In this document: positions 36,701 to 50,020 of the stretch, in pieces
Numbering within the stretch: position 1 is the first letter of the stretch
How the letters are laid out: every line of letters starts with the position of its first letter
DNA from: Oculina patagonica
Taxonomy: Eukaryota
DNA length: 64,000 bases
Direction: 5' to 3'
NCBI RefSeq assembly: GCF_052425735.1
Contig: NC_135761.1
Span: 17,484,001-17,548,000, forward strand
Translations under genes and position numbers: made by a program
The notes under the pieces: generated by a model
Told to the model about the DNA's origin: nothing
Database searches by the model: none
Seen by the model: only the letters and a program-made list of their open reading frames with translations

Positions 36701-38903
36701 GATCGCAGCATTTACCATTGCTCAGGCGATGAGAAGGATTTTTGTATTTTCTTAGAGTCACAACAGCGTGTCCAGTGCCTTCACAGGGTACCTGTTGAGA
36801 ATATTGAGATAACCAGTGACACGTTTACTCTCAATAGCGATAAATTTTGAAAATGAAAAAAAATTATTTCGACAATTATAAATAAACAAATCGTACTATG
36901 TTAAAGTTACTTTTATTTGAATTTTCACACTCTAGGATTTCATCCACAGTCCTGTGGGAGGCGCGGTGGCCTAATGGTTAGTGCGCTGGACTCCGGATCG
37001 AGCGGTCCGGGTTCGAGCCCTGGCCGCGGTCATTGTATTGTGTTCTTGGGCAAGACACTTTACTCTCATAGTGCCTCTCTCCACACAGGTGTATAAATGG
37101 GTACCGGCGAATTTACTGCTGGGGGGTAACCCTGCGATGGACTAGCATCCCATCCAGGGGGAAGTAGCAATACTCCTAGTCGCTTAATGCTACAGAAACC
37201 GGGATAAGCTCCGGCCTGACGAGCCACTTGGCTCGACAGCAGGCTTTACCTTTACCCTCAAAGTTAGAACCGACTCGTGCGCATAATTAACAGTACCATA
37301 TATGTAAGAACATTGCTAAAAAGTAGTTAGGAAAACTAGCTAGAAAAAAAAAACAGAAAACGTGAAAAAAAGATTAACCGTTTGAGCCTAAATTTGAGGG
37401 AAAGAGTAAAAACCCATATCTCAGGATCAGATTAAACGAAAATGCTACAGTAGTCGAATTTCACGTGACAGGATTCAGTCTTTAAGAAATATCCTAGTTC
37501 ATTGGCAGCTGACTCGTCCCCAGTCGTCTTTTGAGTCCGTCTTGAGTCGACTGCTGAACACGGAGAGAATCATGGGAAGGAAAAGAAGAAGCGAAGGAGA
37601 CTCGACTCGCCTTTCCTCCTTCCCATCATCCTTCGCGTCTTGCAATTTTCGCATAAGAGACGACTGGGGACGAGTCAGCATTGGCAGAATTAAAGCCCAC
37701 GTAACAGGATTAACCTACGAAGCGGGCGTTCCTGACAGCGAAAAAGCAAAGAGGAAGTGAGCGAGAAAAAAAAACAAGACTTTCCCACCAGCTCCTTCCT
37801 AATTTGCTTTCACTTCTCTTCACTTTTCTTGTTTTGCTTGTGTGTGCTGCAGGGGCTTTCGTGATAAAATCGAACAATGAAAGTGTCGGAAATGCTAAGT
37901 GAAAATGTTTACTGCTAAACAAGTGAGCATGGCCTGATATGAATAAGGTGTGCCAGGAAAATAAGAAGCGAAGGAAATAGCAACAGTAAAATTATTGAGA
38001 CTACTGTGCGAAGTTTTCGTGACCAATCTTATATACAAAGGAAGACGATAAGCAGCTACTCCTTGTCTGTCCGCTTCTCATCCCCCACCCTACGCTCCAC
38101 TCCCTCCCCCCCCCCCCCCCCCAAAGACACACACACACCTTTCACATTCACCCTTGATGGCATGCCAACAAGCGAAATGGCAACGAACACGAGCTGATTG
38201 GTGATATTCGACTGAGGCCTTTTACTTTGTTCTCAAGGTCAGTTGAGCGCGCGGGATGATCACTTTGTGAGGAAGACTACCCGTGGTCAATTTTACCTGT
38301 AGTGACGCGTGTTTGTCATTTCAGTTCTCTCGAAAGTGAAATTTCTTCGCAGTTATTCACAAGGCGTCTATTTTGTCGTAGAAAGGAAAAGGAAAGGGGT
38401 ATATAGGGGACCCTTACGTCACAGTTACAACAACTCGATTGCGTGACTGCTGTAGAGCAATAACGATTGAAAATGATTGGAATTCAGGCATTTAATGGAG
38501 AAAAACGTACATGACTTCATACAAATAAAAATATTCTACAACATTCAATAATCCTTAGGTTAGGTTCCATCGATGCAATTCCTCCTCACACAACCCCCCC
38601 TCCCCCCCCCCCCCCACCCCCTACCAAACAAATAAATTCTTTTAGTTCCGGAGATGTTGGAAGACTTCCAGCTCCTCTTCAGCTTTCGTATTTCCTACCA
38701 GAAACCTATTATGCATCAGTTTTCTTGGTTTCTGATAGCTTAACGATTTTCACTATTTGAAATCATGAATTGTACGGTGTATTAGTGCGACTAATCTAAC
38801 TTACAAAGCCAAAGGGCGACACTTCAGTTTACAGGAACTCACTTACCATGAAGGCCAATATGACAGCGGCAGTGCTGACGAACGACAAGAGCATTTTCAG
38901 CAT
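33782..38903 (-). CDS. Secreted poly-DSL Delta-like protein F (signal peptide, MNNL/C2, ~7 DSL repeats, no TM), ~442 aa
   Basis: Exons 38903-38847 ([19 protein letters not shown]), 36791-36516 ([28 protein letters not shown]-like), 35825-35335 and 34286-33782; 1329 nt in frame, stop shortly after the last repeat. Confidence 0.85.
35019..35274. mobile_element. Tc1/mariner-pogo type MITE
   Basis: TA|CCGTAATGATT ... AATCATTACGG|TA with GGGCGCTTATT repeats. Confidence 0.8.
36954..37256 (+). mobile_element. Full-length tRNA-derived SINE
   Basis: A box TGGCCTAATGG, B box GGTTCGAGCCC, body TGTGTTCTTGGGCAAGACACTT, (CTTTAC)2 tail; degenerate antisense relative at ~8160-8285. Confidence 0.85.
37509..37678. 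mobile_element. Mutator-like MITE, 9-bp TSD
   Basis: TIR CTGACTCGTCCCCAGTCGTCT; CATTGGCAG on both flanks. Confidence 0.85.
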
Positions 38904-40155
38904 TTTGGCAAGTATATTCTGCCTCGTAAATAGCTGGCGCTGTTTAACAAACGTGTGGCAATATTGTAGAACGAATTGACGATTTCTGTCTTGAACCCTC
39001 GCACTTCTGGTGAAATATCGCTTATACGTAAGACTGCTTCGTGACCCTTCGTCAGAGAACTCAGATGTGGTGACGCGTGAGATCTATTATGCATATAAAT
39101 AGTGGGTCATAAGATATCCAATGGCTGACGTTTGGCACAGTTCCTAGATTATTCTAGATATAGATAGAGACTTACACCACGCATTGCCACGCGACACGTA
39201 CACTGCACGCAGAGCTAGACTCACGCAGGGTGAAATCGAAACTTCAAAATGCTGATACCCTCCCTTTCCCTCCCCTCCCCTCGTTTGCCCTTGGTTTAGG
39301 CGCGTAGTACTAGGTGTAAAAGCCTACTTGAGAAAAGGTTGTTTTTTTTTTACAAGGAACCACAAGAAAGATCACGGCGGAAATTCAAAACTGAACAGTA
39401 CAGTGAAAGCCATCCTTGAGGTTCATGCGTCGTTCCTGCTGTTTATATTACCACGAGAGGCTTAAACCCGGCCCAAGAGTTATCATGAGTTATTATGATA
39501 ACGCCCTTTGTTCCACGCGGTTTAAGTCATGATAACAACAATAAAACAGAAAATTACCCGAAAGGGAAATTATCGCGATATGTTTACAAAAAACATACTG
39601 TGTGAATATCAGTGATAAGGTCAATAAGGGCAAGAGTTTATATGTTGATATTTCTTTAATCATCAATTGTTATTATATTTCTTTTGAGTAATGATAAGAA
39701 AAAAAGGCAATACAAAGATATAAAACTGGTAACAAGACCAATTTTGGGGATGATTTTACCACCCCTTACACTCTTTGTAATCGATATATGTAATAAGTCT
39801 GTTACATTTTTTCTCTATTTATTTTTACTATTTTCGTTGTGTCGATTTTTACTGAATCAACAATGGGCAAAAAGTATATTATTACTTCAAACTTCAGGCT
39901 GTCTGTGAAGCAAGCCAGCTACCTATCAAGTCTTTGTACTGTATTATAACAGTTAAAAGTAATAAAAGACCGCTTGGAGTATTGAATTTAAAAATGCAAA
40001 AATGGAATATTGAGATGGTAATGGAAGATTATATACGCGATAATATTGTAGCTTAAAAATATGTCAAAAAAGTTGCGTTAGAAAAGGCAACTTAAACCGA
40101 CTGTTACATTGAAGTTGTCAGTGCGGTGGGACTTCTGAATCAACCGGCAACATGC

Positions 40156-43100
40156 TCAGTTCTTTTTTTGATCAAGACAGCTTGGCCCTTCCCAGCCAGG
40201 CCTGCACACTTTACTTCCGTCGCGTTCATCACACGTGTAATGCCCGTGCAAGCTGTCGTCATGAGGCACGCAGTACTGCAAACACTCGGGCCCATACCAC
40301 CACCGATTGCAGCTCTTGTCTCCATTATCGGTGCAGTAAAAGTAGCCCTGTTGGAAGATGGACGTATCGTTGCCCAGACACGTCAGCGAACAGTTGGCAC
40401 CATATCGACCCAGAAGGCAGTCTATACACTCCGGGGGACGATATCCGTCTAAGCACACTTTGTTGCCCTCGTTGTCGCAAGTGTAATGGCCGCGTTGGTC
40501 GTCATCTTGGGGGACACAGAACACCGTGCAGTTCTCGCCAAACCATCCGTCAAGGCACATCTTACTTCCGTCATGCGCACAGCTGTAATGTCCGTTGTCA
40601 ATATCGTCGTGAGGAATGCAGTGCGCCTTACACTCGGCACCAAACCACCACAATAGGCAGTCTTTCTTGCCATCAGATGGTCTGCATCTGTCGCAAAAAA
40701 CAGTATTTCATAGTTTTACAGACGATCTTATCAACAGTCAGACGTATTTTTCAGCGGTAGGGGACGCCATCATGATCGGTTGTTTTCGGAAGTTAAATGA
40801 TATATTCTTTGTTAACTTGTTGTTAACTTCACCCACGCACGCCTAACACCCCCCCCCCCCCCATTTCCTCCGCCTCCCCCCCCCTATGCTCTTCTTGCTC
40901 ACCCAGGAGAATTACAGCTTTAATAACAGTTTGAAAAGCCAAGAGCAATGAATGAAGAATGAAATCTTAAATTGTGATGAGGTCTGTGTGCATCCACTTA
41001 CTTGTAATGTCCTTCCTCATCACTATCTTGAGGCACACAGTATGTAGAGCAGCGTGAACCGAACAATTTTTTCACGCATCTGTTACAAGATGGCCCTTCC
41101 CAACGGGGCAGGCATATCTTGTTTCCCTCCTTGTCGCAATTGTAGTGACCATTACGCGGGTCGTCCCGCGGGATACATGAACGAGTGCAGCTCTTTCCAT
41201 ACCAATGCCGCTTGCAAACCTTTCTTCCCCGACTATCACACGTGTAGTGTCCGCGCCAGTCATCCCGCGGGATACACGAATGAGTACAGCTCTCTCCATA
41301 CCAATGCCACCTACAAACCTTTCTTCCCTGATTATCGCACGTGTAGTGTCCACTCGAGTCATCCCGCGGGACACACTTCACGCTGCAGCTTGGCCCGTAG
41401 TAGTTGTCATCACAATGCACTTGCAGTTCAAGTGTCACAGTGACAACCCTGCTAGAAAGCGTCAGAAGTTGCTTGTAGTGGTTAAGCGAAGTTTCAAATG
41501 GTTTAACGGATTTCGTAAAGCTTTGTATCAAGTCATCGTCCGTAGGGCCCTTGTCTTCGTCCCAAACTTCCACCTTCAAATTAACGTTTCCCTGAAGCCA
41601 AAGAAGAAAATACATACGTATACTCTTGTCATGTTATACACAAATCAAAGGAAAATTAGTTACACGGTTTCTTTTGTTACTTTTCATTTTTAAAAGATGC
41701 CCGTGCGGGGTGAGTGTTGGAGAATGTAAGAAGATTTGAAACAATAAAAAGTTTCTAAAGATAAGAAAATAGAATTTTAATTACATAGTACATCTGGGCA
41801 CGAAAATAGATTGTTATTATAAAGCCATCCTTGCCTTCAGTTTGCTGGGAGTGAGAAGTTACACTACAATTTTATAGCTTGCAGTATTTTGTTCCTACTT
41901 TTGAAAAACTTGCTGATAATCCCGGGGGGGGGGGGGGTACTCCATATAGTGGCCTATACGGGGAGGCTCCGCCCGAAAGGGGTACCTTTTTCAGGCTTCA
42001 GGTATATAAAAGGGTAGGGATTTCACAAGTTTAGGTATATGAAAGGGTATGTAAATCCGTCATTTAGGTTTTTTAAGGGCCTTGAATTAAAATATTTCGA
42101 ACAGACGCACTTTATGGCTGTATTATTTTAATTTATAAAGCGCAACATGAAAATGACAAGAAAACGTCCTGTTCTAAGTCTATGCCAAGTCTTTTAGGTA
42201 TATGAAAGGGGTACCTTTTTTCAGTAAAAGGTATATGAAAGGGGTACAATTTCTGTGAAAGTGGTATATAAAAGGGTAAGGGGTAAGAGCTTGGGGCGGA
42301 GCCTCCCCGTATAAAACTTTTTTGAGTACCCCCCCCCCCCCGGGCTGATAATTCCTAAATTATAAGCCCCCATTTCGTCTGTTAGTTCTCGTATTTTCCC
42401 TCTTCCTCATTCCCACCCCCTTAACTAACAACCAGGCATCGAAGTGTTGTAGCTGATGTCACCGGTCGCATGCGCAACCTTGTTCCCAGGGTTTTTCTCT
42501 TGGTTGCTTGGAACCAAGGGGAAACCCCTGGGAAATAATTTGGACGCAAGCGCTCTTTCAGCTTCTTGCGCAATCGTTAACGTTTCTCCGCTAAGTGAGA
42601 GGAAGGAGTGCTTGACGTACACAAAGAAAATTTGCGCAGTAGCCGATGAAACATTATCTCGAGTAAATAATAAAGATGGTAGATTTTAAGCTCGGTGATA
42701 AATAGTGGATATATTATTCTACATGACACGAGCGTGGGACAAAGAAAAAAATCTGAGTCCCCTACGGGAATCGAACCCATGGCCTCCCAGATACCGGTTG
42801 GGCGCTCGTGTCATGTAGAATAATATATCCACTATTTATCACCGAGCTTGAAATCTACCATCTTTATTATTTACTACACATTTAAAGATTTCGACATTGC
42901 TGATCCTAGCAGTATGCAAGACGCTTGTCACTTATCAACCTAGTAAATGGCCCAGCTCACAGCGAGTCTCTCGTAGCTTAGTTGGTTAGAGCGCCCAACC
43001 GGTATCTGGGAGGCCATCGGTTCGATTCCCGTCGGAGACTCAGATTTTTTTCTTTGTCCCACGCTCGTGTCATGTAGAATAATACATCCACTATTATCTC

Positions 43101-45246
43101 GAGTGTTTGACATATATTCTCAATAGAAACAAAAACTACGGAGTAAGCGGAGAAATAAAATCGTAAAAATCTATCCTAATTAAGAATTGATATCCAAACC
43201 TCCTTCACGGTTATGATTTTCTTTGTTTTAACCTGATAAATTATTAATGATTTTGAGAAGGTCCGGGAGAAGGCTCTAGTAAGGATCTGTTATTAAGAAC
43301 AAGGAACAATTAACAACACACTCACTTGGAAGGAAGAAAAAGTGTATCGCCTCTGAATGTTGATGTTATGATGATTATCCTTGCGACCAACCACATCAGT
43401 CTCGAATTTTCCCAGGTTACCGTTATGAGCAGAGCTGGACGAGGACTGGGTCACCCACAGCTTAAAATACGCGTCACATCCGGGAGAGCAACTGAACCAT
43501 CTTATGTCACAGCATTTATATTTGTACGTGCGATGGGAAGGATTCTTGTAGCTTTTGATTGTCACGACCACATATCCACTGCCTTCACAGGATACCTGTT
43601 GATAGAAGAAAAGCGTTATGATGTTTTATAGAACACTTATCGTCAAATTACAGAAAGCTGTCGCGTATCGGTATTAAAACGTTAATAATGGAATGTGGAC
43701 AAATTATCATTCCTAGTGGGGGGAGGGGGACTCTTCTCACATAAAAGTGGCGGAGGTGATGTGAGATGATCTCCAAAGGGGGGTACATGTTTCCCCAGTC
43801 ACTTAAAATTTTGACTTTTCTCCTTGTTCCCCGTTATGGATTCAACTGTTCCCGTGGAACAAGTGATTATGTTCCCTCGTTCCCACGTAGCACCGTTTAA
43901 AGGTAACATAATCTGGTTTTGTGGGCGTCTCAAGTTTATAAGCTAAGGGCTACACCAAGCTACGCGTAATATTTTCCACGATTTTTAAATCAAAATTCCA
44001 GTGGTATTCAGTTTAGAATAAACACCCAAAGCGTGCCAAAAATACATTTTAAAAACTGAAAGGTACGACGACCACCCCTTTGACAAATTAACAGCCCCCC
44101 CCCCCCCCCCCCAACACCACCATCACACTCCCCCCTACATCAACATCAGGTTGTTTCCAACTTTCTAAATGCATCCCAGCTCCAATTTTCTATTTTCCCC
44201 GGGTTAGCTAAGCCGAGACAAACACATTATTGTTATATTTTTTTAGCATTTATCTAACCTATTAGGGCTATTAGTTACGGCGTGCTTGGAATTGGGGGAT
44301 TTACGTTTACCAGTGTACCTTATTGGCATTCTAAAGCAATTTACTTCCCCATCTCGTGCTAAAGGTATCTTCTAGCGTGTCAAAATCTCAGACTTGTAAA
44401 AGAACCTACTGAATCGTGCAGTTTTAAATACTAGTTCAATTTTTTGGATCTAATTTAAAATAGATCGGTAATCAAACCCAGTCGTTCTGGTTGCAGATTT
44501 AAATTCCAGCAGTTCCGGTGTTAACACTGAGGAGTTGTTTGCTCTCCAGAAAATTCTCTCCTTTACAAAGAGGCGTTTTAAAATTCGCTGTTTACAGCAA
44601 CAAGGTGTTAAAAACATTTTGTTCTTTGAAAACAACAAATGCTGTGCTAGTGATACCGACTTGGGGAACCCTAGGGAAAAATACAGGGGAACTAACCGAT
44701 TACGGATAAGAGCTCCACCGCTGGGGTACCTCCCTCTTCGCATTTGTCTCTGTTTTGCAAAACATTCGCCCAGCGAGGTCCCCGGTTTTATGAGTTAAAT
44801 GGGTCTATTAGTCATGTTAGTTTAACTCCAATTTGCTTGCGGCTAGTTCCACTCTGCTTTGCTTTCGGTTAGCTTTATTAATTGTTAGTAAGGGCAGCAC
44901 TATTTTGAATTTCACTCATTAACTGACTCACTGGCTTATTTGACTCATAAAAACGTTTCTCTCTCGCCTAGCTCTAGGCCAAGCAATGCTCACTAAGCTA
45001 TCAGTGTACAGGTTTAGGCTTACTATAAAAACTCGATCCCTTAGTTGGTTTTGAGTTTATCTAAAGGAAACATCCTATTTCAGCACAAAACACGACACTG
45101 AACACTTTCATACCCGCCCCTTATTTAAAATCAACGAGATTCTTTGTTGCCGCAAAAAAAGCTCTGACATCAGGGTAAATATACCGTAACTAACTTACCA
45201 CAAAGTTCAGTAAAATTGCAGCCGCGGTGAAAAAAGACCACAGCAT
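40156..45246 (-). CDS. Secreted poly-DSL Delta-like protein G (signal peptide, MNNL/C2, ~8 DSL repeats, no TM), ~479 aa
   Basis: Exons 45246-45199 ([16 protein letters not shown]), 43595-43326, 41591-41002 and 40687-40156; 1440 nt in frame; same intron positions and phases as gene F. Confidence 0.85.
41921..42344. mobile_element. CCCG(G)n-ended MITE, 8-bp TSD
   Basis: cccggggggggggggggtactc ... gagtacccccccccccccggg; CTGATAAT on both flanks; GAAAGGGGTA internal repeats. Confidence 0.85.
42665..43092. mobile_element. tRNA-like-containing retroelement with inverted 5' duplication, 12-bp TSD
   Basis: ATTATCTCGAGT at 42653-42664 and 43093-43104; tRNA-like cloverleaf at ~42964-43042 (GAGTCTC/GAGACTC acceptor, GGTTCGATTCC); partial inverted copy at ~42725-42808. 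Confidence 0.75.
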
Positions 45247-45929
45247 TTTGCCTTCTGTTCTGGATCGATACTGGCTACAACTCGTTGTGTATTTGTGCAA
45301 CAATCCAACAGAACTACAACACTCGGCTTGGCACTCTCCCAACAAAAGCCAGAGAAGCAACGCGAATGTTCAAAAGATGATCTCTCTGGGCGTCGCTTAC
45401 TTAAGCTTGTTACCCCGTCCGGGGGGGGGGGGGGGTGCTCGTCTGTACTAAATTCAGTTTTCCTGATCAGTGAGTTTCCAAAAGGTATGGTTGATTTTTA
45501 AAGAATTTGCCTTTTTTGTCTGATTTAGGGTGTACGTTTTCACAAGTGCAATCTCTAGATCTATAGGGTATGGAAATTAAATATGATATATTTTCATCCG
45601 AAATAAACTTGAGGAGTACCCCCCGGGATGTAATCGTAGCTCACAATATTGAACAGGAGCCAGCACATCTCTGGGCCCCTAATTAGGCTATAAGGTGACA
45701 AAATGCAGCTGTAAGATTACAAATAAAGATCAATAACATTACTATTTTTAGCGAAAAGCTTAATTTAGTGTTTCGAGTTTTCTCAAGTTTAGCGACTTCC
45801 CCGATTTGTAGGTTGATTTTTCCAACATCGACTATATAAAAGTCTCAGTGATTTGCAAATTTAGATAGCACTCTAGTTAGCGATTTTTTTTAAGATAGCT
45901 CAGGGTTTTCGCTCAAGATTTTGATGCTA

Positions 45930-48900
45930 GAGGGAATAACCTCTGTGAAGCGCTACAAACTGCAAAACAAGCTGACAACTCGCACGAAGGTTTTATAAAA
46001 GAAGCTGTTATATCGACTGTCAAGTCTTGCAATATTTCGTTTGGTGCAGCAGCAAGCATCTCTCTTAAATTCTTTAATCTACTACAACATAAGCTGCAAG
46101 ACTTCACGCAAGAAAAAGTCATCGGTGGTGATTTTAATTGCGCTTTGTCCGACAAAGACAAAAAAGGTGGGAACTCAGTCGCAAAGAAAGCTGCGGTAAT
46201 AAGGGAAATTAACAATTATGTAGATGCAACAACTTAGTGGATATCTGGCGTCGCTTAAACCCCGAAGCTATACGTTTTTGAGTCCTTGCTTGAGTCGCCC
46301 GAAGGACATATAGACACCTCATGATCTCTCTCCTGCTCTTATCTCTCTTTTCTCTTTCCTTCCACGCCATCCTCTCAGTGAGTGCGTGTTGTAGTTACTT
46401 AATTTGGGTTCACAACGGCGGGTTCTCGAACCGCGTTCATTACAAAAAAGATAGCTTAATAAAACGGAAAAATAGTTTAAAATGGCTGACTGTTTTCCTC
46501 GCATCACTTCATCAAAAGGATAAATAATGTAAATATTGTTACTAGTAAAAGCGACCATAATGAAGCCCAAAAAATAAGTAAAAAAATAATCAAGAAAAAA
46601 AATAAAAGAGAGGAACCAGAGTGGAGACGCGAAAAAGTAAGCCAACTGCCGGCGAGTGCCATGCCTCCCTAACAGTGATTTTAAATAATTACACTAGATT
46701 TATGACTTTGACGAGTATGGTCCACAATTCGATTTAGGGCCCGAAGGCGCCGCGGAAAAAAGATAGAGAAGAAGCCGCGGGAGGGCGACAGAGCGAGCGT
46801 GCCGACACCAAGGCAAAAGAGGGTAAGAAAAAAGACGAAAAGGGGGAAAAGAAGAGAGAAAAAAAAAAGAAAAAAGAAGTAGAATAAAAAAAAAAATGAA
46901 CTTCAGCAAAAATGCAAACAATCCGAAAAGTAATCATATTAAATGAACTAATGTAGCCAAATTGCGCTACAAAAAATAATGCACTTTAAGACAAAAGGAG
47001 CAATCTGAGAAGCAAAGTGAGGTCGACGAAGGCGAACGCAACACCAGATATTTTTACAACTTAGAAAAACGTAGTCAAACCAAAAAAACCATCCACAAAC
47101 TAAAAATAAACGACACATATATTTACGACCAATTTGCAATTCTAAACGAACAGAAAAAGTTCTACGAATCAATTTACCAATCCAAAGAAAGCGACAATAC
47201 CAGCTCCCAAGAGTCCTCGTTTTTTAAAGCCGAAAATGTAACACCATTATCACACGACGAACAACAGTTATGCGACGGTCCCATCACGGAAGCTGAATGT
47301 CTAAATGCAATCAACGGGTTTAAAAAAGACAAAACGCCAGGAACCGACGGCTTTCCTGTAGAATTTACAAATTTTTTGGCCCGAGCTACGACTAAATTTG
47401 TCAAGTTTTCATTCGCCTTCAAACCGGATCACTGTCGATTAGTCACGACGCGTTATCCTCACCCAAAAAAGAAAAGAAACTAAGAGAACGACCGACATAA
47501 AAGACTAAACACAAACGAAGAGACTAAAATTCCTAAAATACAACCCCGACCAAACGGGTTATGAAGGGTCGCAAGGTAAAAAAACTACAAATTTTCGGCG
47601 AATACCTGGAAGTAAGACTTCGAAAAAAAAGGACTACACTACGCACCAAAATTTAATTTCGGACCAGACACAAAGATGGAAAAGTTATCAAAAGTATCCA
47701 GCGTTGAACACGGTCACGCTTCGCCTTTTTCAATCACGAGGCGTCAGGCAAGGATGCCCACTATCAGGTGTCTCGTGATCGGAGAACTCTCGCAAGAGCG
47801 AAAAATACGAGTCCACAAAGGCACACGTCGGAAGAAAAAATACTTACGCAATGCAGACACACCACGGTGTTTGTAAACGATCAAGTTTAGTGATCAATCT
47901 ACTCAAACTGCTACGTGAATTTAAACATACCTCCGGTAAATACAAGAAAAGAGGAATGTGGTAGGCGCCTGGAGAAACAAAACGGATACACAGTACTCAG
48001 ATGGCCCCAGAACCGATCCGAGCCCTCGTTCCTACAATGCCGAAAGAAATAATAATTTTGAGAGAAAATCCGCAATTTAGAAAAAAATCAATGATGGAAA
48101 AAAGGAAACTTACTCTATGGTAGGATAAAAATAGTTAAGACTTAGTTTATCGAAGCTGATATACAACACCTCTTGTTAAAATTCCGATTTTACGTGAAAG
48201 AAATAACAAATAACATCAATTTATATGGGAAGGAAAACCAGCAAAAATAAAAAGAAAGACCATATTAGTAGATAAAGCAAGGAGGTCTAAAGATGATGGA
48301 TTGAACTCATGGACAAAGCTCTCAAAATGTTGGATCAAGCGATTACTGAAAACGTCGATGCAGCCTGGAAGGTAATCCCAGAATTCGCAGCTGCGCACTA
48401 TGGCGGTCTCTCCTTTTTAACAGAATGTCAATACGACATCAAGTACCTACGCCTAGACAACCTACCACCATTTTACCACACTCTTCTCAAATATTGGCAA
48501 GAATATAACACCGACAATTCTCAGACAAACCCCTCATTCAAAATAAAATTATCTGAATAATAGCTGCATCCTAGTTAATGTCGACGATTTTAACAAAACC
48601 ATGTTCAAAGCCAGATCACCGATAAACACTTTCTTAAAAAAATCAAAATTTTCCTCACTGACGAACTCTCGCGCAAGTTCAACATTAACATTCCTTTCAC
48701 AGTTTACTATGGCATCACTCGGCTATTCCAACCAAATGGAAAAGTTATTAAGAAATGAATTCATTTACCGCAAACTGTAATCCCCTCTCAGGACCTCCCG
48801 TCAACCCGAACCGCCTACTCTGCTCTTCTAATAAACCAAGTGAATCCACCAACATCAAAATCAGAATTTTATACGACTCACCAAAAAATTCACAAATGTA

Positions 48901-49640
48901 CACTCTACAGCGATAACAAAATTAAATTCATTTATATAATTTTTCACCAACCAACTACAGCCCGGCCGGAATAATGATGCAATTTGCAAAACTGAAAAAC
49001 AAACTATAAACCACTTGCTCTTCCACTGTTCTGAAACTAAAGCTTTATGGGAAAAATTCACCAACTGTGTTTTTAAAATTTACACAGCTTTTTCTTTACA
49101 GAAAGCACCGTCCTATACGGATTACATGACAATATTCACAACAAGCAGGCACTTAATGTCACTCTCCTCATTGCAAAGTACCACATCTTCTCAACAAGCT
49201 CATGCGACGGCAAACTATGTTTTGAAAGCTTTCTCCTCCGCCTTCAGAACCATATACAAATATTAAAACAAAGTTTCACAGCCAATAACAAACTTCAAAT
49301 ATTTTTGTCTTTATGGGTAAAATTCTGTAATTTATCTTTGCTCCTTCTCTCTTTTTTTTTTTTCTGACAATTATATTCAATCTTAGATGTAAGTTCACTT
49401 TTGCTATCGTTATGTAAACGTTCTTCGAAAAAATGTAACTGTTGTAAACACCAATGTATAAGTAATCTAAGCACCATATTGTAAGCAGAGCATTGTTAAG
49501 TAGAGTAATGTAAGTAGCGCCCTTGTGTAAGCATTATAATGTAAGTGATGTAGTTAAGTAATGTAAGTAATGGTTGTAAGTAGTGCTTCTTACCGTAATG
49601 TAATGTAATGTTATGTAATGTAACTTGTTTTGTGTCTTGC

Positions 49641-49675
<35 letters not shown>
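45930..49675 (+). mobile_element. Degraded L1/Tx1-clade LINE
   Basis: APE fragment VIGGDFNCALSDKDKKGG..LVDIWRRLNP (~46070-46275), RT-proximal KTPGTDGFPVEF (~47330), C-terminal HLLFHC (~49012), TGTAA(G) repeats in the 3' UTR and poly(A) at ~49645-49674; many frameshifts. Confidence 0.85.
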
Positions 49676-49977
49676 CATCTCACAAAGTTAAGCTGCTGGT
49701 ATACGACCCGGGGGTGGGGTCACTCCCATATATGAACTAAATTTAAGCAGTTTTAATAGTCTGGGATACGGTATAGAAATCGGAGAGTTGTGGTCTAGAA
49801 AAGGGTATCATTTGCCAGGAAACTGATAAGTGGTATGACGAGTGAACTCCAGAATAGGAATAGAAACTCGGAAGAGAAAAAGGCTTTCCTAAACGTGATC
49901 CACCTTGTGTACCACAAGTGTTGGATCACTGAGGTGGGAGAAATAAGAACTTTTCTCCCATTACCACCATGCCTCAC

Positions 49978-50020
49978 GCAGTGCGAGAGTCCCGAAGAGG
50001 ACGAAACAGCTGTCCACTGC
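49978..50020 (+). ncRNA. Type-I hammerhead ribozyme motif with shortened core, in a retrozyme-like repeat
   Basis: Stem I GCAGTG/CACTGC, stem II GTCC/GGAC, GAAA, palindromic stem III ACAGCTGT, GUC cleavage triplet; core reads CGAGA rather than CTGANGA. Confidence 0.65.

Noticed and set aside
42964-43042. Functional tRNA-Thr(GGT) gene
   Set aside because: Mismatched anticodon and T stems, anticodon atypical for eukaryotes, and embedded in a TSD-flanked repeat.
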